64,000 nt of DNA from Rhodospirillales bacterium (GTDB taxonomy: Bacteria; Pseudomonadota; Alphaproteobacteria; Rhodospirillales; JASLQF01): positions 8,482 to 72,481 of the forward strand of contig JASLQF010000005.1 of the NCBI GenBank assembly GCA_030744625.1, in the 5' to 3' direction. Position 1 is the stretch's first letter. Each line of letters begins with the position of its first letter. A model generated the notes under the pieces. The model saw only the letters and a program-made list of their open reading frames with translations, made no database searches and was not told where the DNA came from. Positions 62,902 to 64,000 of the stretch are shown piece after piece. The translations under genes were made by a program, and so were the position numbers.

Positions 62902-64000
62902 TCAGTGGCCGGTGCGGGCTAGCGTGCGCGCCCAGTTGGTCATGCGTGCCTTGGCGTTGTCGATGTCCTCTTTGCCGAAGAACTTCTCCGGCGACACCTT
63001 GTCGATCGGATACTTGGGACGCATGAAGTCCTTCTCGTAGCCGAAGGGCACCGTGGCGTCGATGGCGAGGCCCCCCTCGAAGCGGGTGTTGGACGCCGTC
63101 CACGCGCCTTCCCCCGCCGTCATCCGTTCCGACGGCATGAAGGTCTGCCCGCGCCCCCCGGGCAGCGGGTTGAGGAGGTCGGAGAGCGGATTGACCCGCG
63201 TCGTGATGCACCACATGATGTCGTCCATGTCGTAGGCATCGGTGTCTTCGGACACCGCGATGCACAGGCGCATGCCCTGCGACGTGGACAGCAGCGCCGT
63301 CATGAAGTTGCGCTGCCAGCCCTCGTCCAGCTTGTTGCGTTTCTTCACCTGGATGACGGCACCGCCCCAATCGGTCATGCAGTAGGGGATGTTCACGTCC
63401 TGGACGATGCCCGGCTGCAATCGCCGGCACACCTCGTACATGGCCGCCTCGCGGATGGCCGTATCCATGTTGTGTTCGTCCAGGGTGTGCGGGCTGAGCA
63501 CGTGGACGATCGGCCTGGAGGCCGGCTCGCGCATGGTCACCGCGGTGACGTGGAGGGTCGGCGCCTTGTAGGCCTTGCCCATGTAGCCGGCCCACTCGGG
63601 GTGGAAGTGGGTTTTCCCCTGGACGCCGGCTTCCTCCGCCTCGGCCGTCTCGTAGCGGCGGTCACGGGCATCCACGTAGCCCTCGAGCACGATTTCCGAA
63701 TCGGCGATCGCCATGGCGTCCACCGTGCGCGCCTTGACCAGGCGCACGGGCGCGCCTTGCGCCGCCCCGGCGACCCCGATCTCGTCGCACCCGTGGGGCA
63801 GGATGATGTAATCGAAGGCCGCCCCGGCCAAGAGCGTGCACGCCGGCGGCACGCCGAAGCACATGGTGATGGGCACCGGCTTGTCGTCCTCGTAGTGCTT
63901 GGAGACCACCTGCCACATGTGCGAGCCCGGGGAGATCTGGAAGGTGCCGACGTTGCCCCAACGGAAGTTCATGCGGTTGTAGCCGAGATCGGACCCGCCG
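62902..64000 (-). CDS. Second UbiD-family decarboxylase (5' end outside window)
   Basis: Track ORF 62902..63972. The frame stays open upstream to 64000 (...GGSDLGYNRMNFRW), so the listed Met is internal. It has the UbiD C-terminal architecture and an HPEWAGYMG loop equivalent to GEFTGY. Confidence 0.7.
   Translation of the reverse strand, partial: GGSDLGYNRMNFRWGNVGTFQISPGSHMWQVVSKHYEDDKPVPITMCFGVPPACTLLAGAAFDYIILPHGCDEIGVAGAAQGAPVRLVKARTVDAMAIADSEIVLEGYVDARDRRYETAEAEEAGVQGKTHFHPEWAGYMGKAYKAPTLHVTAVTMREPASRPIVHVLSPHTLDEHNMDTAIREAAMYEVCRRLQPGIVQDVNIPYCMTDWGGAVIQVKKRNKLDEGWQRNFMTALLSTSQGMRLCIAVSEDTDAYDMDDIMWCITTRVNPLSDLLNPLPGGRGQTFMPSERMTAGEGAWTASNTRFEGGLAIDATVPFGYEKDFMRPKYPIDKVSPEKFFGKEDIDNAKARMTNWARTLARTGH

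Overview
High-G+C, gene-dense bacterial chromosomal segment of about 60 CDS that looks alphaproteobacterial. Many gene junctions are only a few nt apart or overlap by 4 nt. I recognised no rRNA, tRNA, CRISPR array, transposase or integrase by eye. All calls come from reading the supplied translations, my own hand translations and remembered family motifs; no search was run. Start codons I refined by hand were checked for frame against the ORF track but may be off by a few nt.

Modules from left to right:
1. 1-7230: a DMGDH-like flavoprotein, divergent from a tightly packed aminotransferase-hyuA-hyuB-racemase-DUF1445 operon.
2. About 8100-10920: a visibly lower-G+C two-gene insert, a Cys-rich orphan plus a cupin-sulfotransferase fusion.
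3. 10933-15198: ThDP enzyme, crcB, glutathione-dependent formaldehyde dehydrogenase and a deacetylase, followed by a 530-bp gene-poor stretch with a nitroreductase remnant.
4. 15729-24055: crotonase, amidase, GGT, DASS permease, 2OG oxygenase, a porin and a 59-aa lipoprotein absent from the ORF track.
5. 24370-41949: a purine-catabolism supercluster. It comprises puuD-puuE-M20-zincin lipoprotein, xdhABC-guaD-BMP-type ABC importer, uraD-uraH-class V aminotransferase and a GntR regulator. Both divergent control regions carry a shared TTGT..ACAA palindromic motif.
6. 42061-51351: amidohydrolase, thioesterase, QOR, MBL hydrolase, Pcm, a large membrane spermidine-synthase-like protein, VOC, DUF3775, MAPEG and cobA.
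7. 51503-59532: a complete sulfur-oxidising heterodisulfide-reductase-like (sHdr) locus, dsrE-hdrC1B1A-hyp-hdrC2B2-orphan-lbpA-cytochrome c. Its accessory genes differ from the architecture I remember.
8. 59845-64000: two UbiD-family decarboxylase genes flanking an acyl-CoA ligase.

The best candidates for new biology are the sHdr variant with its coupled 138-aa orphan and diheme cytochrome, the HyuAB/racemase/D-glutamate-cyclase-like operon, the low-G+C sulfotransferase cassette, and the uncharacterised M20 and HExxH genes translationally chained to puuD-puuE.
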